This document shows, in pieces, positions 17,992-31,499 of a stretch of 64,000 bases of DNA. Every line of letters starts with the position of its first letter. Position 1 is the stretch's first letter. The position numbers were made by a program, and so were the translations under genes. A model generated the notes under the pieces. It had not been told where the DNA came from. It saw only the letters and a list, made by a program, of their open reading frames with translations, and did no database searches. This stretch comes from Scenedesmus sp. PABB004 (lineage: Eukaryota), in assembly GCA_014905635.1 (NCBI GenBank), contig JABVCE010000007.1:248001-312000 (forward strand), written 5' to 3'.

Positions 17992-20987
17992 CTAGCGGCA
18001 CGGCACCAGCTCGGCGCCGTCGCTCACGACCTCAAATTCGCGCGCCGGCTTGATGGAGCGGAGGTCGCTGTGGAACGCGTCGAGGTCGGCGCCGAGCAGG
18101 CGCTCAAACCCCAGCGATGCCTCCCCAGTGATGAACCAGGCGGTGCCGGCGTCGGCGACGATGGCGCCGTGGAGCTTGAGCGCGGCGCAGACCACGCGCG
18201 CGGCGCGCGTGCGGAGGCCGCCGCAGGCAAAGCCCGCCCGCAGCCGCGCGCGCATGCCCGGCCAGGGACTGCCGGGCGGCGCGCCGTCGTCGCCCGGGCA
18301 ATGGCTCGCGGGCGCGGCGTAGGCGTTGACCAGGCGCGGCACGGTCATGCGGATCGCGTGGTCGATGCGCCCACGGCGCAGCTCGGCCACCCTGACCAGC
18401 CCCACGGCGATGGGCAGCCCTGCGACGTCGCCCGACGTCCACCCGAGCGGGCGCTGCCACACGGCGGGGTCGCTCAGGTTGAAGATCGCTCCATTGAAAC
18501 AGCTCCACGCACCCGCGAGGCTGCGCGGCGGCGTGCAGCGCCAGGCCTCGTACAGCAGGCAGGTGCTGTTGTCGACGGCCAGCACGTGCCGGTCGCTGCC
18601 GCTCTCGATCGCCGCGCGCAGCGGGAATGGGTAACGCCCTGCGCGGCGGCGCGAGCCCGGAGGCGTGCACGGCTCACGTGAGCCGTGCCCGGAGGCGTGA
18701 GCTGGGCGCGGCGGCGGCCGGGTCGGGGCTGTTCGGCCGGCGCCGGCACCAGCGCGGCGTGCGAGCGCTGCACGGGCCCCGCACCGGGGTCGCTCTCCTC
18801 CAGCCACTCGGTGAACAGCGTCTGCCCGCGCGGGAAGCTCTGCCGCCGGCTGTCCACGCGGTTGATGGGGATGCCTGGCGGGCGGCACAGCACGGCACGG
18901 CGGCGGGGCGGGTCTGGCGGCTGCCGCGCCCGCACCCGCTCGGCTGCGCGCGCCGGCGCGGGCAGCTGCAGCGCACCGTAGATGTAGCTGCCCTCGTGTC
19001 CTGCAAAGTCGGCGTGGACGCCCATGTCCTGACCCCCGTCATCTGCAGAGGCGGCCACCACGGCGCCGATGATGGCCGCGCTGCGCGGCAGCACGGCAAA
19101 CGGCGCGCGCGACACGTCCGCGTGCCACGGGCTCCCGGGCGGCATGAGCACGCAGCTGCCGTCGGCGTTGCGCAGCGCGCCGGCGGCCTCGGGCGGCGGC
19201 GGCGACGGCGACGGCCGCGGCGCGGGCGAGCGCGGCGGCGCGGGCGAGCGCGGCGGCGCGGGCGAGCGCGGCGGCGCGGGCGACGGCGCCGGGCGGGGAC
19301 CCTGGGCGGCGGGCACTCGGCGCAGGTGCAGCGCGTGCACTCGTAGTTCAGGCACAGGCAGTCGCCGCCTGCGCGACGGGCGTGGGCGCGGGCGCAGTGA
19401 GTGGCGCGGCGCGTGCCTGGGTGCGCGGGCGCGCGGCGGGCGCCGCGCCGCGTGCCGGCGTGCTGCGGCGCCGGGCTCACCCTGCCTGAGGGAGACGACG
19501 TCAAAGTCGGCGCCCTTGATGCTGCGGATGTCGTCGTGGAAGGCGTCGAGGTTCTGCCGCGTCTCCCAGTCGGGGCTCGCCTGGCCTTGAAAATACCAGG
19601 CCCCGCCGTTGTCAGCCACAATCAGGCCGTACCTGGCCGGAGGGGCGCGCGCGGGCGGGTCCGGGCGCTCGGCGCGGCCGCTCGCCGCGGCAGCGCACAC
19701 GCACGCGCGCGCGCGCGCGCGCGGGGAGGGTGGGGGGAGGCACCTTTGCATGGCGCGGCAGATGGCCGCGGCCGCGGGCGTGCGGTTGGGCAGGGCGTCG
19801 CAGTCAAAGCCGGCGCGCAGCCGGAGCCGCGCGCCCATCCACAGGTCGCCCTCGCCGCCTGGGGTGAGGGGTTGCGTCGGCGCGGGCGTGTGGGCGGCTG
19901 TGGGCGGCCGCGTGCGTGCAGGCGCGGCGCGGGCCCGTCCCCCAGCCCCGCGAGCCGTCCCGCTCCGCACCGCTCCCGGCCATGTGCGACGCGGGGTACG
20001 CGTAGGCGGGCCGCGTGCGCGGCACGGTGACGCGCACTGCGTGCTCCACCGCGCCGCGGCCGAGCGCCTCGTCCACGAGCACGAGGCCCGGCAGGATGGG
20101 CAGCCCCGCGGCGTCGCCCGCGGTCCAGCCGAGCGGGCGCTGCGGGAAGGCCGGGTCGCTGAGGTTGAAGCGCGCGCCGTTGGCGCAGCTCCAGGCGCCC
20201 GCCAGGTCGCGCGGCGGGCCTTCGCAGCGCCAGGCCTCGTAGAGCGTGCAGTCGGCCTCGTCGACGGTCAGCACGTGGCGGTCGCCGCCGCACACGCCGT
20301 GCGGGCAGTCGCCGGCGGCCTGGCTGTCGCAGTCCTCGCCGCGCGGCGGCGCGGCGCACCGCGCGTACGCCCCCTCGACCGCCGCGTCGGCGGGGAACGG
20401 ATACACGCCGGGGTCGGACTCGTCGCCATACTCAAAAAACTGGCGGGCGAGTGGCGCGCGGCGTGGATGTGTGTGTGGGGGCGGGCGCGCGCTGTGCGCG
20501 GCGCCGCGCGGCAAGGGGAAAGCCGCGCGCCTGCGTCGCCCCGCGCGGGATGCGCGCGGCGTCTCCGCCGGCGCTGTTGACGACGTTGAACGGAATGCCG
20601 TAATAGATCGCCTGCCCGTCCTTGGTGAAATGCCCGGCAAAGTCTGCGTGCACCGGCGTCGCGCCGCCGACCGCTGCGATCAGCGCCCTGCGCGGGGCAG
20701 CGCGTGCGCGCGGCGGGAGGTCGGGGGCGGGCGTTGGCTGCGTGCGCGCGGCGGGAGGTCGGGGGCGGGCGTTGGCTCCCGGGGCGCTGCCGAGGCGCCG
20801 TGCGCCGGGCTGCCGTGGCCGCTGCGTGGCAGGCACCCAACAGCCCTGCCTGCGCGCGCTCTCACGCCGAGCCAGGCACCACGGGCAGGTCGTCCACGCG
20901 CACGGTCCAGGGCCCTCCGGCGAAGAGCGTGCACCCGGCCGCGCTGCTCCGGAACGGAGATAGGAGCAGGAGGACCGCGAGAAGCAT
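17992..20987 (-). CDS. Secreted protein with two tandem copies of an uncharacterised bacterial-type domain, joined by a Cys motif and a Ser-Pro linker
   Basis: Signal peptide MLLAVLLLLSPFRSSAAG. Each repeat has PW..VHADFAGH..YGIP..ESDPG.YPFP..DRHVL.VD..C.LYEAW..QRPLGWT.GD.AGLPI..HA.R.TVP..PASH..G.R.RL..G.IVAD.G..W..FH.D.RSIK...F.VVS. TAG at 17992. Apparent frameshift near 19300. Confidence 0.75.
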
Positions 20988-21767
20988 TTTGGCTCGGTTG
21001 GTCTTGCTTGGTGACGAAGGCTGCTATTTCCGTCGCGTCCGTCTGCGTGCGTGCTGCGGCGAGGGCGTGGGAGTGCGCGGGAGGTCTGTGGCGGCGTGTC
21101 GGGCAGGCGCAGGTGGCCGGGCGGCGCGCGCCGAATGCGAGCGGCCGGGTGACGGCGCTGCTGCCGCCGGTGACGCTGCAAGTCGCCGTGCTTTTTACAG
21201 GGCAGCAGCTCAGGGCCACGAACAGTCGGGAGCGCAGTGCAAAATCGCGCTCCTCCCTCCTGGAGACCGCGCCGCGTGTTGTACAAAACGACCGGCCGCC
21301 CGACGGCGGCGCCCGAACAACCCACCTGCGCCCGCCGCCCCCGCGCAGCAGGGGGGGGGGGGGGGCTTGATTGCTTGAACCCACCCCACACACAACCGCA
21401 CGCTGGGGCACGTGCACCGCTCTGTGTGCCACGCAAAACTGTGTCGCCGCCGCCGACGCAGACCGGGCGCGCGCGACGCCTCTCCCCCCGCGTCACGCAG
21501 TGCAACGAAGGCGCGGCCGCAGCCACCGGGCCGCCTACAGGGAAAAGTGAGGCATACAACAGCTGATGATGCACAACGCCGACCGCAGCGCCTCGCCCGG
21601 CGCCAGCGGCACGGCCCCCCTCGCTCTCCCACTCCCGCGACGCCGTCCTCTCGCGCTCCCAGCCCCTCCAGCAGAGCGGACAGCCCGCGCGCGCGCCGCA
21701 CAAACAGCGCGCACACCACGGGGCCGCCGAGGCGCGCCCCTCGGCCGACGGCCGCCCGCTCCCCTCG

Positions 21768-24477
21768 TCACGTGGCGCCCAGGACAAACTCCACCGCGCA
21801 GCCGTCGCCGTCGTCGTCCTCGCCGTCCAGCGACGCGGCGGCCGCGGCCGCGGCGAGGCCGGGCGCGCCGAGCTCGCCGAGCAGCGCCCCGAGCTGGGCG
21901 CAGTCGAGGTTGAGGCCCGCACAGCGCACGCGCAGCCGGATGTGGCGCACGCACGCGGCCTGCCACGCGGCGCTGGGGCCGGCGCCGCGCGGCCCGCCCG
22001 CGAGGGCCTGCAGCGCGAGCGCGAGGCTGACCAGCTCCGGCAGCTCCGCCGCCGGCAGCGCGGCGAGCGACGCCGACTCGAACGCTGCCAGCCAGGACGG
22101 CCCCGGCGCCGCGCCGAGGCGCGCGAGCGCGCCTGCCAGGTGCGCGAGCAGCTTGGGCTCGCAGGCGCGCAGCAGGTCGAGGCTGCGGTCGAGCAGGTCC
22201 GGCAGCAGGTCGGCCGGTGGCGACGGCGCGAGGCGCGCGAGCGCCCACAGCAGCGCGGCCAGGTCGGGCGCGCTCAGCGTCCGGCACCTGCGCGCGCGCG
22301 GCGCGGCGCGGCAGGGGTCGGCGCGGAGCGGCGCGGCGGGGGTCGGCACGGCGCGGCGCGGCGCAGCGCGGTGCTGGTCAGCGGCGCGGCGCCTCACCGC
22401 GCGCGCAGCTCGTCGCACAGCGCCTGCCGGAACGCGCCGCCCGGGGCGAGCCCGAGGCGCGCGAGCGCCCAGGCGACGTTGGCGAGGTGGGCGTCGCTGA
22501 GGGACGCGACCTGCGCGTGCACCTCGAGCAGCAGCGAGTCCGCAAAGCCGGCCGGCAGCGGGTGCTCGAGCTTGGCCAAGCTCCAGCACAGGCTGCTGAG
22601 CTGGCTGGCACTCAGGCGCGGCAGCTGGCCCTGGACAGCGACCAGCAGCTGGTCCTGCGGGCGGCGCGGCGCGGCGCGGCACAAGCGTCGGGGCTCGAGC
22701 CACGCCCGCAGCGCCGTGGCCCCGCCCGCAGCGCCGTGGCCCCGCCCGCAGCACGGCCCGCGCCCGCGCCGCGCCGCGCCGCGCGCACACGCACCTGCAG
22801 CTCCTCGCCGGCGCTGGCCTTGCCCCCGCTGGCGAGGCTGCCGAGCGCCCAGGCGACCGTGACCAGCTCGCTCGGCTGCATCGCCCCGAGCTGCGCCGCC
22901 GCCTCGGCGAGCAGCTGGTCGGCCAGCCGCTGCGCGTCGGCGCGCGCCACGCCGCCAGGCCCCGCCCAGAGCGCGAGGGCGTGCAGGAGCAGCGCGACCT
23001 GGCGCGCGGTGAAGGGCTTGGCCGCGCTCGCCGCCACGAGGGCGCGCCACCAGGGGCGCGTCGGCCGCAGCCGCAGCTGCGCGAGGCAGGAGACCATGGA
23101 GGCGAGCAGCTCCGGGGTGACGTCGTCGAGGCGGGAGGCCGAGGCGGCGAAGAACGCGGCGGAGAAGGCGCCGCCGGCGTCGCCTTCGGGCGCGCGCCGC
23201 ATGCGCACGAGCGCCCACAGCGCGTTGACCCAGCTCGACAGCGTCAGGCGCTCCGGCGGGGCCGCGGCCATGTGCTCGAGGCAGGCGGCGCACCAGTCGC
23301 GCGCCGCCGCGCCGCCGAGCTTGGCGCGCGCGAGCAGCATGCGCGACACCAGGCGCGGGCTGCTGCCGGGCAGCACGGCCATGGAGTGCCTGCGCGGGCC
23401 GGCGCGGGCCGGCGCGGGGGTCGGCGGCCGCGCGGTGCGCAGCCGCGGCGCAGCGCGCAGGCGGGCCGCCGCCTGCCCCATGCGCGCGCGCGCACGCGCT
23501 CACTTTTCAAACGCGGCCAGCCAGTCGTCGCCGGGGCGGCAGCGCAGGCGCACCAGGTTGACCGCGACCTCTTCGAAATCAGGCAGGTCCAAGCTCGCAA
23601 AGCGCGCGCGCAGGCTCTCCAGGAGCCCCTCCAGGCCCTCGGGGCCGTCCACCGCGCCGCGCAGCGAGGCGAGGCGCTTGAGGCTGTTGGTGAGGACGGC
23701 GTTGGAGTGCAGCGAGAGGCGGGCCGTGCTCGTGCTCAGCACCGCGGCCAGCCAGTCGCCGTCGTCGGCCGGCCGCGCCCGCGCACCCGGCGCCCCGCCG
23801 TGCCGCGCGGCGACTCCGCTCGGCGCCGCGGCGCGGAAGCGCGCGAGGTGGTGCGCGACGTGGCCCTCCGCGTCGTCATCGACGTCGGCGGCGCTCGGCA
23901 GCGCCAGGCTGCCCAGGGACAGGCTCATCGACAGGCCCTCCCCCCAGTCGCCGCTCGACAGCGGGCCGTCGCGCTCCGCCAGCTCCGCCGCGGCGCCCCC
24001 GGGGCGCGCGGCCAGCGCAAGCGCGGCGTCCGCGCCGCCGGCAGCAGCGGCGGCGGCGGGCGGGCGCTGCTCGCCGCGGCGCCAGAGGCGGCGCAGCAGC
24101 CAGGGCGGCTGTGGGGCGTCATGGCCCGGCGGCGGCGGTGCGTCGGCCGCCTGCGGCGGCAGCGGCGCGAAGTGTGCGGGGCGCGTGAGGGCGTGCGGCG
24201 GCGGGCGCTGCCACAGCGGCACTGCCGCAGCGGCGCCATCGCGCCGCCGCGGCCGCTGCCTCAGCCGCGAGGCAGCTGAGCTCCGCACCTCCCAGCGGCG
24301 CACGCGGGCTCGGACGTTGTTGCGCGGCGGCCTGCGGCGCGGAAAACGCTCGAATCGCGCCGCTGCCGCGCCGCTGCAGCGCGCTGCGGCGCCGCGCCGG
24401 CTCCCGCACCTGTCTGCAAAGCCACCAGGGCGCTGGAGAGGCCCGTGGCGCGGGGCCGGACTGCGCTGCAGGCGCAT
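21768..24477 (-). CDS. Helical-repeat organellar RNA-binding protein (OPR/FAST-RAP-like), multi-exon
   Basis: Degenerate ~38-aa repeats: LSASQLSSLCWSLAKLEHPLPAGF, LSDAHLANVAWALARLGLAPG, LSAPDLAALLWALARLAPSPP, CEPKLLAHLAGALARLGAAPGPSWL, MQPSELVTVAWALGSL. Start codon tentative. Confidence 0.75.
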
Positions 24478-24934
24478 CGAAGGTGGCGCTGCTGGCGGGG
24501 GCGCTCGCAGCGCCCCGCTGCTGGGCCGTAGAGAAGCGCGAGACCGGGCACACCAACTGGCAAGGGAGAGGCGCCGGCGCACGACCGCGCGGCGACGGGC
24601 GTGCCGCCGCTGCGCCCTGCGGCGCGACACGGCGCGGCGCGCAGAATTAAGCTGTCCTCCCGTCCGCCGCCCCCGCTCAACGCGTCCCCGAATTCCCGTT
24701 GCGCCAGGCGGCGCCGCTGCGCAGCGCTCGCACGCGGGCGACTGCGCGCTCTCGCAGCAGCCCGCCCCGCCGCGCGGCGCGCAGCTGCGGCTGGTCGGTC
24801 CGCGCCCCCGCGCCCGCCCGCCCGGCGCGCAGTCTCAGCGCGCGGGCGCAGCCGCGCGGCGGCGCCGCCGCGGCCGGACACAGCGCCGAGCAGCGAGCGG
24901 CGAGCAGCGCGCTGTGTGTGCCGGCGGCGCCGCG

Positions 24935-27900
24935 ATGGCCGCCGCGAGCGCGGCGATCGACCTCACGCAGGTGGGTGGGAGAGCCAGCGGCCCTGAAGCA
25001 GCACGCTGGCGCCGCCCACCACGCGCCGCGCTGCGCCGCGGCGCGCCGCGCCATGCCGCGCCGCGCCGCAGGCGAGCAGCGACAGCGAGAGCGACGACCC
25101 GGCGCTGGAGCTGGTCGGGCGCTTCAGGTCGCAGATCGTCGGCATTCGCTACTATTCCGGCCGCATCGGCACCAACGAGATGGTGCAGCTCGTGCGCGAG
25201 CCCTCCAACCCCTACGACGCAAAGTGCGGGGCCCGGCTGGGGCGCGCCGCCCGCGCGCGCCGCACGCCGCCCACGCGCCGCCGCGCCGCCGCAGCGCGGT
25301 GCGCGTGCTCAACAGCGCGGGCGACCAGGTGGGGCACATGAAGCGGGAGATCGCGGCGGAGCTGGCCGACCTGCTGGACGGCGGGACGCTGGAGGTCGAG
25401 GGCGTCATGCCCGGCTCGCCGCACGGCAGCGCCTTTTCACTGCCGCTCGAGGTGTTCTGCCACGCGCCGGCAGCCCACGCGGCGGCGGTGACGGCCACGC
25501 TGCGCCGCCGACTGGCCTCGCTAGGCATCGCGCTCACCTCGGGCCTCACGCCCGACGACAGCCGCGCGGCCGGCGCGGAGCGCCCCGACCTAGGCTTCGG
25601 CGGCAGCCCCGGCCGCGGCGCGCGCAGCCCGGGCGGGCGCGGGCGCGGGCGCGGCCGCGGCGGCGGCGGCCACGCGACGGTGGTGCTGCAGCGCGACCAG
25701 ATCGAGGCGAGCCTCAGCCGCCTCTTCGAGGGTGCGCGCCGCGCCGCGCCGCGCCGCGCTGCGAACGCATGCGCCGCACGGCCGCCGCGCCCGCGCCGCG
25801 CCGCCATCCCGAGCGCTCACGCCGCGCCGCTGCTCACGCCGCGCTGCGCCGCGCTGCCGCCAGACCTCTACGCGAGCGCCGCGGACCGTCCCCGCATGGC
25901 GCCGCCGGGCGAGGTGACGACGGCGCTGTTCCCGCACCAGGAGGAGGCGCTCGCGTGGATGGTGTCGCGCGAGGGCGACGCGCTGCCGCCGTTTTGGGAG
26001 GAGCGCCCCGCGCGCGGCGGCGCGGCCGTGTACGCCAACATGCTCACACACTTTGAGACAACGGCGCGCCCCGAGCCGCTGCGGTGCGCGCGCGCGCGAT
26101 GCCGGCGCCGCGCTCCACGCGCCGCGCGCGCGGCGGCGCCGCCGACCGCCCCGCCTTCGCTGCCCGCGGCGCAGGGGCGGCATCCTGGCGGACGACATGG
26201 GCTTCGGCAAGACCCTGACCGTCATCGCCCTCATCGCCGCGGCGCGGCCGGGGCAGCCGCTGCCGCCGCTGCGGGCCGGCGGCGCCGCGGGCGGCGTGGC
26301 GGCCGCTGGCGGCGCGGCGGCCGCTGGCGGCGCGGCGGCCGCGGCCGCGGCGGCGGCAGCCGCTGGCAGCGGCGGCGGTGAGGAGGAGGAGGAGGCGGCG
26401 GCGGTGCGGCCGGTCAAGCGGCGCAAAAAGGTGGGCCGGCCGGCCTGTGCGAGCAGGCGAGCGGCGGTCAGCTCGGTGGGGGCGTCGAGCTCACCCCGCG
26501 GCCGCCCGCCCGCCCGCCCGCAGGCGCGCGCGACCGCCATCACGCCGCCCGCGGCGCAGGCGCCCGCGGCGCCGCCGCGCGGGGCGCCGTCCCCCGCGGG
26601 GCCGTCGGACGCGGCGGCGCCGCATGGCGTGGCGCCGCCGCCCGCGGACGCGCCGCGCGGGACGCTCATTGTGGCACCGCTGTCGGTCCTGTCCAACTGG
26701 CAGGCGCAGCTCGAGGCCCACACCACGGGCAGCCTCAAGGCGCGCGCGCCGGCGCCGTCGCCGCCGCCGCTGCGCGTTCGCCGCCCCGCCGCCCCGCCCA
26801 GCGCGCAGCCCGGGGGCGCGGGGCGGCGCCGCCGGCCCTGCCCACGCCGCACCCGTGCGCCGCGCCGCGCGCAGGTCGCGGTGCACCACGGCGCCGAGCG
26901 CAGCCGCAGCCGCGCGTGGCTGTCGGGTCAGGACGTCGTGATCACCACGTACGCCACGCTCGCCCAGGACGCGCGGCTGCCGCGCGGGCACGGGCTGCTG
27001 GCAGTGGAGTGGCTGCGCGTCGTGTGCGACGAGGCGCACGCGATAAAAAACCCGGCGGCGCAACAGAGCAAGGTGCGCGCGAGGGCTGGGCTCGGGGATG
27101 GCCGCGGCGGCGCGCGCCCGCGCCGGCCCCGGGATGGCCGCGATCTCAGCCCGCCCCGCGCGCCGGCGCGGCGCCGCAGGCGTGCGCGGCGGTCAAGGCG
27201 CGCTCGCGGTGGCTGGTGACGGGCACGCCGCTGCAGAACAGCGTGAAGGACGTGCACGGCCTGCTGGTGGGTGGTCAGGGTTGAGGCTTATGGTTCAGGG
27301 TTTAGGCTTGACCCCTGAAAGCCCCGACCCCAGGTCTTCCTGGCGCTCAAGCCGCTCAACGACCGCACGTGGTGGCGGCGCTGCGTGGAGCGCCCCCTCG
27401 CCCGGCATGACGCCGCCGGCCTGCTCGCGCTCAAGGTGCACCTCGAGCGCCGCGGCGGGGAGTCGGCGGGGGTGCGGCGCCGCCACCCGACCGCCACCCG
27501 CCCGCCGCCCGACCGCCACCCGCTGCGCTCGCCCGGCTTGCGCCAGGTGCTGATGGGCAGCCTCGCGCTGCGCCGCACCAAGGAGTCGCGCGGCCCCGAC
27601 GGCCGCCCGCTGGTCGCGCTGCCAAGCAAGTCCGTGTCGCTGGTGACGCTGGACCTGGGCGAGCGCGACGCGGCCAACTACGCCGTCCTGAGTGAGAACA
27701 TGAAGGCCCTGGTGCGCGTGACTTCAGCGCAGCGCTCGATCAGGCCTCGCGTGGAAGCACACAGCCCTAGGCAACCGCCGCGTCGCCGCCGCGCCGCGCC
27801 GCAGGTCGAGCTGCACGTGCACGCCGGCACGCTGACCGCCAACTTCACGCATCTGCTCACCCTCATCATGCGCCTGCGCCAGGTTGGTACCTACGCGACG

Positions 27901-29885
27901 CGACGCGACGCCGCGCCGGACGGCCCAAGCACGCGCCGGCGAATCGCGCCCGCGCGCGCCGCCAGCCCCGTGCGCACCCCGCGCGCCGCCGCGCCGCGCT
28001 GCGCGCAGGTGTGCGACTCGAGCGACCTCTGCCCCGAGGCGCTGGAGGCGCTGCGTGCGGCGCTCACGGCGGCGCAGGCGGCGTCCAAGGGCGGCGCGCC
28101 GGTGCCGCGCGAGCTGCTGGAGCGGCTCGTTGCCGTGCTCGCGGGTGCGCGGGGGCGGGCGCACGGCGCTCGTCTCGGCGGGCCGGCGGCTGCATGCGCG
28201 GCGCCGCGGCCGCCGCCGCCGCCGCTGACGCCGTCCGCGCGCGCTGGTGCGCGGCGCCGCGCCGCCGCGCAGCCGAGGACGCGGGCGAGTGCGCCGTCTG
28301 CCTGTGCCCCTACGACTCGCCCGTCATCACGCGCTGCGCGCACGTCTTCTGCCGGCGGTGCGCGCGGCCGCGCCGCGCCGCCGCCGCCGCGCCCGCGCCA
28401 GGGGCACCGCCGCCCGCCGCCGCACCACCGCGCAACCCACGCCGCTGCGTGCCGCCGCGTGCCGCGCCACACACGGCCGGCCGCGCCCTGCGCACCGCGT
28501 GCCACAGGTGCATTGAGGCAGTCATTGCGCAGGACAAGCCCGTTTGCCCGCTCTGCCGGACGCACGTGGAGGCGGCGGAGCTTGTGGACCCGCCGCCGCC
28601 CCGCGACGGCGACGGCGACGGCGACGGCGGCGGCGGCGGCGGCGACGGCGCCGACGCGGCGGAGCAGGGCGGCGAGGTGCGGCGGCGCGCGCTGCTGCCC
28701 GCGTGCCCGACCCCGCGCGCCGGCCTGCGCCACCGAGCGTGCTGGCGCTGGCCGACGCGCGCAGGCGGAGGAGGACCCCACCCGTGGCAGCTCCAAGATC
28801 CAGGCCCTGCTGTCCAAGCTGCGCGCCGTGGAGGCGGAGCACCGCCAGGTCCGCGGGGGCCGGCGGGCGCACGGCGCGGCCGGCCGCACGCTGCGCGGTG
28901 GCGCCGACGCCCTCGCGCACGCGCCCCCGCGCACGCAGGCGGTCGCGGCCGCGGCGGCGGCGGGCGAGGCGCGGCCGGCGCCGATCAAGAGCGTCGTGTT
29001 CAGCGGCTTCCGCGGTGAGGCGGACGCGGACGACGCGGCGCGCGGGTGTGCGGGCGCGCGGGCGGCCGCCGAGCCGCGCCGCTCGGGGGGCCGCCGACGC
29101 CGCGCGCGCCGCCGTCTTGGCCGGCCGCCGCGCGAGCGCCAGGCATGCTCGACCTGGTGGGGCACGCGCTGCTTGACGCGGGCATGAGCTTCGTGCGCAT
29201 CGACGGCAAGGCCACGGCGCGGGAGCGCGCGGAGGCGCTGCAGGCGTTCTCAGGTGCGTGCGACCTGGCGCGGCGGCCGCGGCGGCCGCGGCGGCCGGCC
29301 GCCCCGCCCCGCCAACCCCGCCGCGCCGGGCGCCGTGCCGGTGCAAACGCCAGGCACGGGCATCAGCAGCCCGCGGGTCATGCTGGCGAGCCTGAAGGCC
29401 GTCGGCGTCGGCGTCAACCTCACCGCAGCCAACCACATCCACATGCTCGACCCCTATTGGAACCGGGCGGTCGAGCAGCAGGCAGAGGTGCGCGCGGCGC
29501 CCACACGGCCACGTCCCGGGTCTGGACCGCGAGCCCGTGGACGCGGTCCTGACTCGGCGCGACGGCGCGGCGGCGCCGCGCGCCGAGCCACGGCCGCCGC
29601 TGACCTGGAGCGCCGCGCCTGTCGGCCGTCGCGCCGCAGGACCGCGTCCACCGGCTCGGCCAGACCCGGGACGTGTTCGTGTGGCGCTACGTGGCGCGCG
29701 GCACGATCGAGGAGCGCATGCTGGAGCTGCAGGGGGTGAAAGCGAACCTCGCCTCGGCGGCGATGATGCCGGAGGTGGCCGCCGGCGGCGGCGACGGGGG
29801 CGCGGGCAGCAGCCGCGCCGCGGCGGCGCGGCGCGGCGCGGTGGGCGTGCAGGCGGGCGACATCAGGCGCCTCGTGGATCTGTGA
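24935..29885 (+). CDS. RAD5/HLTF-like SNF2 helicase with HIRAN and RING domains, many exons
   Basis: HIRAN ([28 protein letters not shown]), [46 protein letters not shown], helicase C-terminus [23 protein letters not shown]. Confidence 0.92.
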
Positions 29886-29954
29886 GGCCGGCAGCGGCGG
29901 CGCGGTGGGCGTGCAGGCGGGCGACATCAGGCGCCTCGTGGATCTGTGAGGCCG
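29835..29954 (+). repeat. Tandem duplication (period 64 bp) of the last codons and stop of the helicase gene
   Basis: GGCGCGGTGGGCGTGCAGG...GATCTGTGAGGCCG occurs at 29835-29890 and again at 29899-29954. Confidence 0.9.
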
Positions 29955-30586
29955 CCGGCAGCGGCGGCGGCGTGCCGCGCGGCAGCGGCAGCGGCAGCGG
30001 CAGCGGCAGCGGCAGCGGCAGCGGCGGCCGGCGCCCGGCGCCCGGCCGCCGCTCGTGCGGCGCGGCGGCGCAGGAGGTGTTGGCGCAGGCGTTTTTGCGC
30101 AGCAGTCGTTGTTTTGCGGACTGAGAGAGCTGGACGAGTTGCAGCGCGCGCGGGTCCCCGCGGCCCCGCGGGTCAACCCGCGTCCCGGGCGCCGGTAGCG
30201 GACGCGGCGCCGGCCCCCGCGTGCCTTGGCTCATCCCCTCTCCGCAGCGTGCCCAGACGCGAGCAGCCAGCGTGGGAGCAGCACTCCGCGCGAGCCGAGC
30301 GCGGCACGGGCGCCCGCCAGCGCGGCCGTGCGCCGCCCGGCGACGGCAGGCCGGTGGCGAGCTCCCCCGAGCATTTGCAGCAGCGGGTGCGCACCACGGT
30401 GCAGAGCACGGCAGGCGCGGGGCGGCGGGCAGGACGCCAGTACGTGGGGCGCGCCACCGCGCGTCCGAGCCCCCGCGCCCGCAGCGCTGCGGCCGTAGGG
30501 CTGACCCGGCTGCCGCCACGCCCGCCTCACCCGCCGCGCCGACCAGGCGGGCCCGCAGCGCGCCGTAGTGCGGCCTGGACGTCGCG

Positions 30587-31437
30587 ATGTCCCGCGCGCT
30601 GGCGCTCGCCGCCCTGCTGGGGCTGGCAGCCCTGGCGAGCGCCGCGATTGACGGAAGTGAGACACAGTGTCTGCCAGTGTCTCGCAGCGCTCCGAGCGCG
30701 CTCATGGCCAGCTGGGCCGCGACAGGGCAGCGGGACGGGGCGGCGCGAGCGCCGCCGGCGGCGCCCGACGCCCCCGCCCTGGCCGCCCCCCGCAGGTGCT
30801 GAGCAGAGCACCGGCGCCCGCACGCGCGTGACGGCGACGCGCGCGGCGAAGCCGACCGCCGCGCCCGGCGGCTGGCAGGCGGTCAACGACCGGCCAGCGC
30901 CCGCGAGCCGGCAGCTGCGCCGCGCGGTGGCGCGCGTCGGGGCGCGCTGGCGGCGCGCCCCGCCGACGACGCGGAGCCCGCCGCCAGGCGCGGCGCCAAC
31001 CGCGGCGAGCGGAGGGAGTCGAGCCCTGGTGCGCGCCGGGGGCGCGCGGGCCGCGGCGCCGCGCTGGCGCTCGCCGCGCCGCGCCGCGCTGCCGCCCTGA
31101 CCCGCCCATCCCTGCCCGCCGCCGGCTCTCAGCCGACAGCTGCCGCGTTACACTCAACGCCTGGGCCCAGTGCGGCGGCAAGAGCAACTGCCAGGGCGCC
31201 AGCTGCGGCGACGCGGTGCGTGCCGGCTCGTGGCCGCCGGCGCGCTGCGCGCGTGCGCGCCCGCCCCGCAGCCTGTGTGCCCCGGCCTGACGCCTGGCGC
31301 CCGCACCGCCTGCTGCGCGGCCGCAGCAATGGGAGGGCCAGTGCTGCCCCTCTGGCAGCACGTGCACGCGCAGCAGCGAGTGGTTCTACCAGTGCCAGCC
31401 CGGCAACGGCGGCGGCGGCAACAACAATAACAACAAT

Positions 31438-31499
<62 letters not shown>

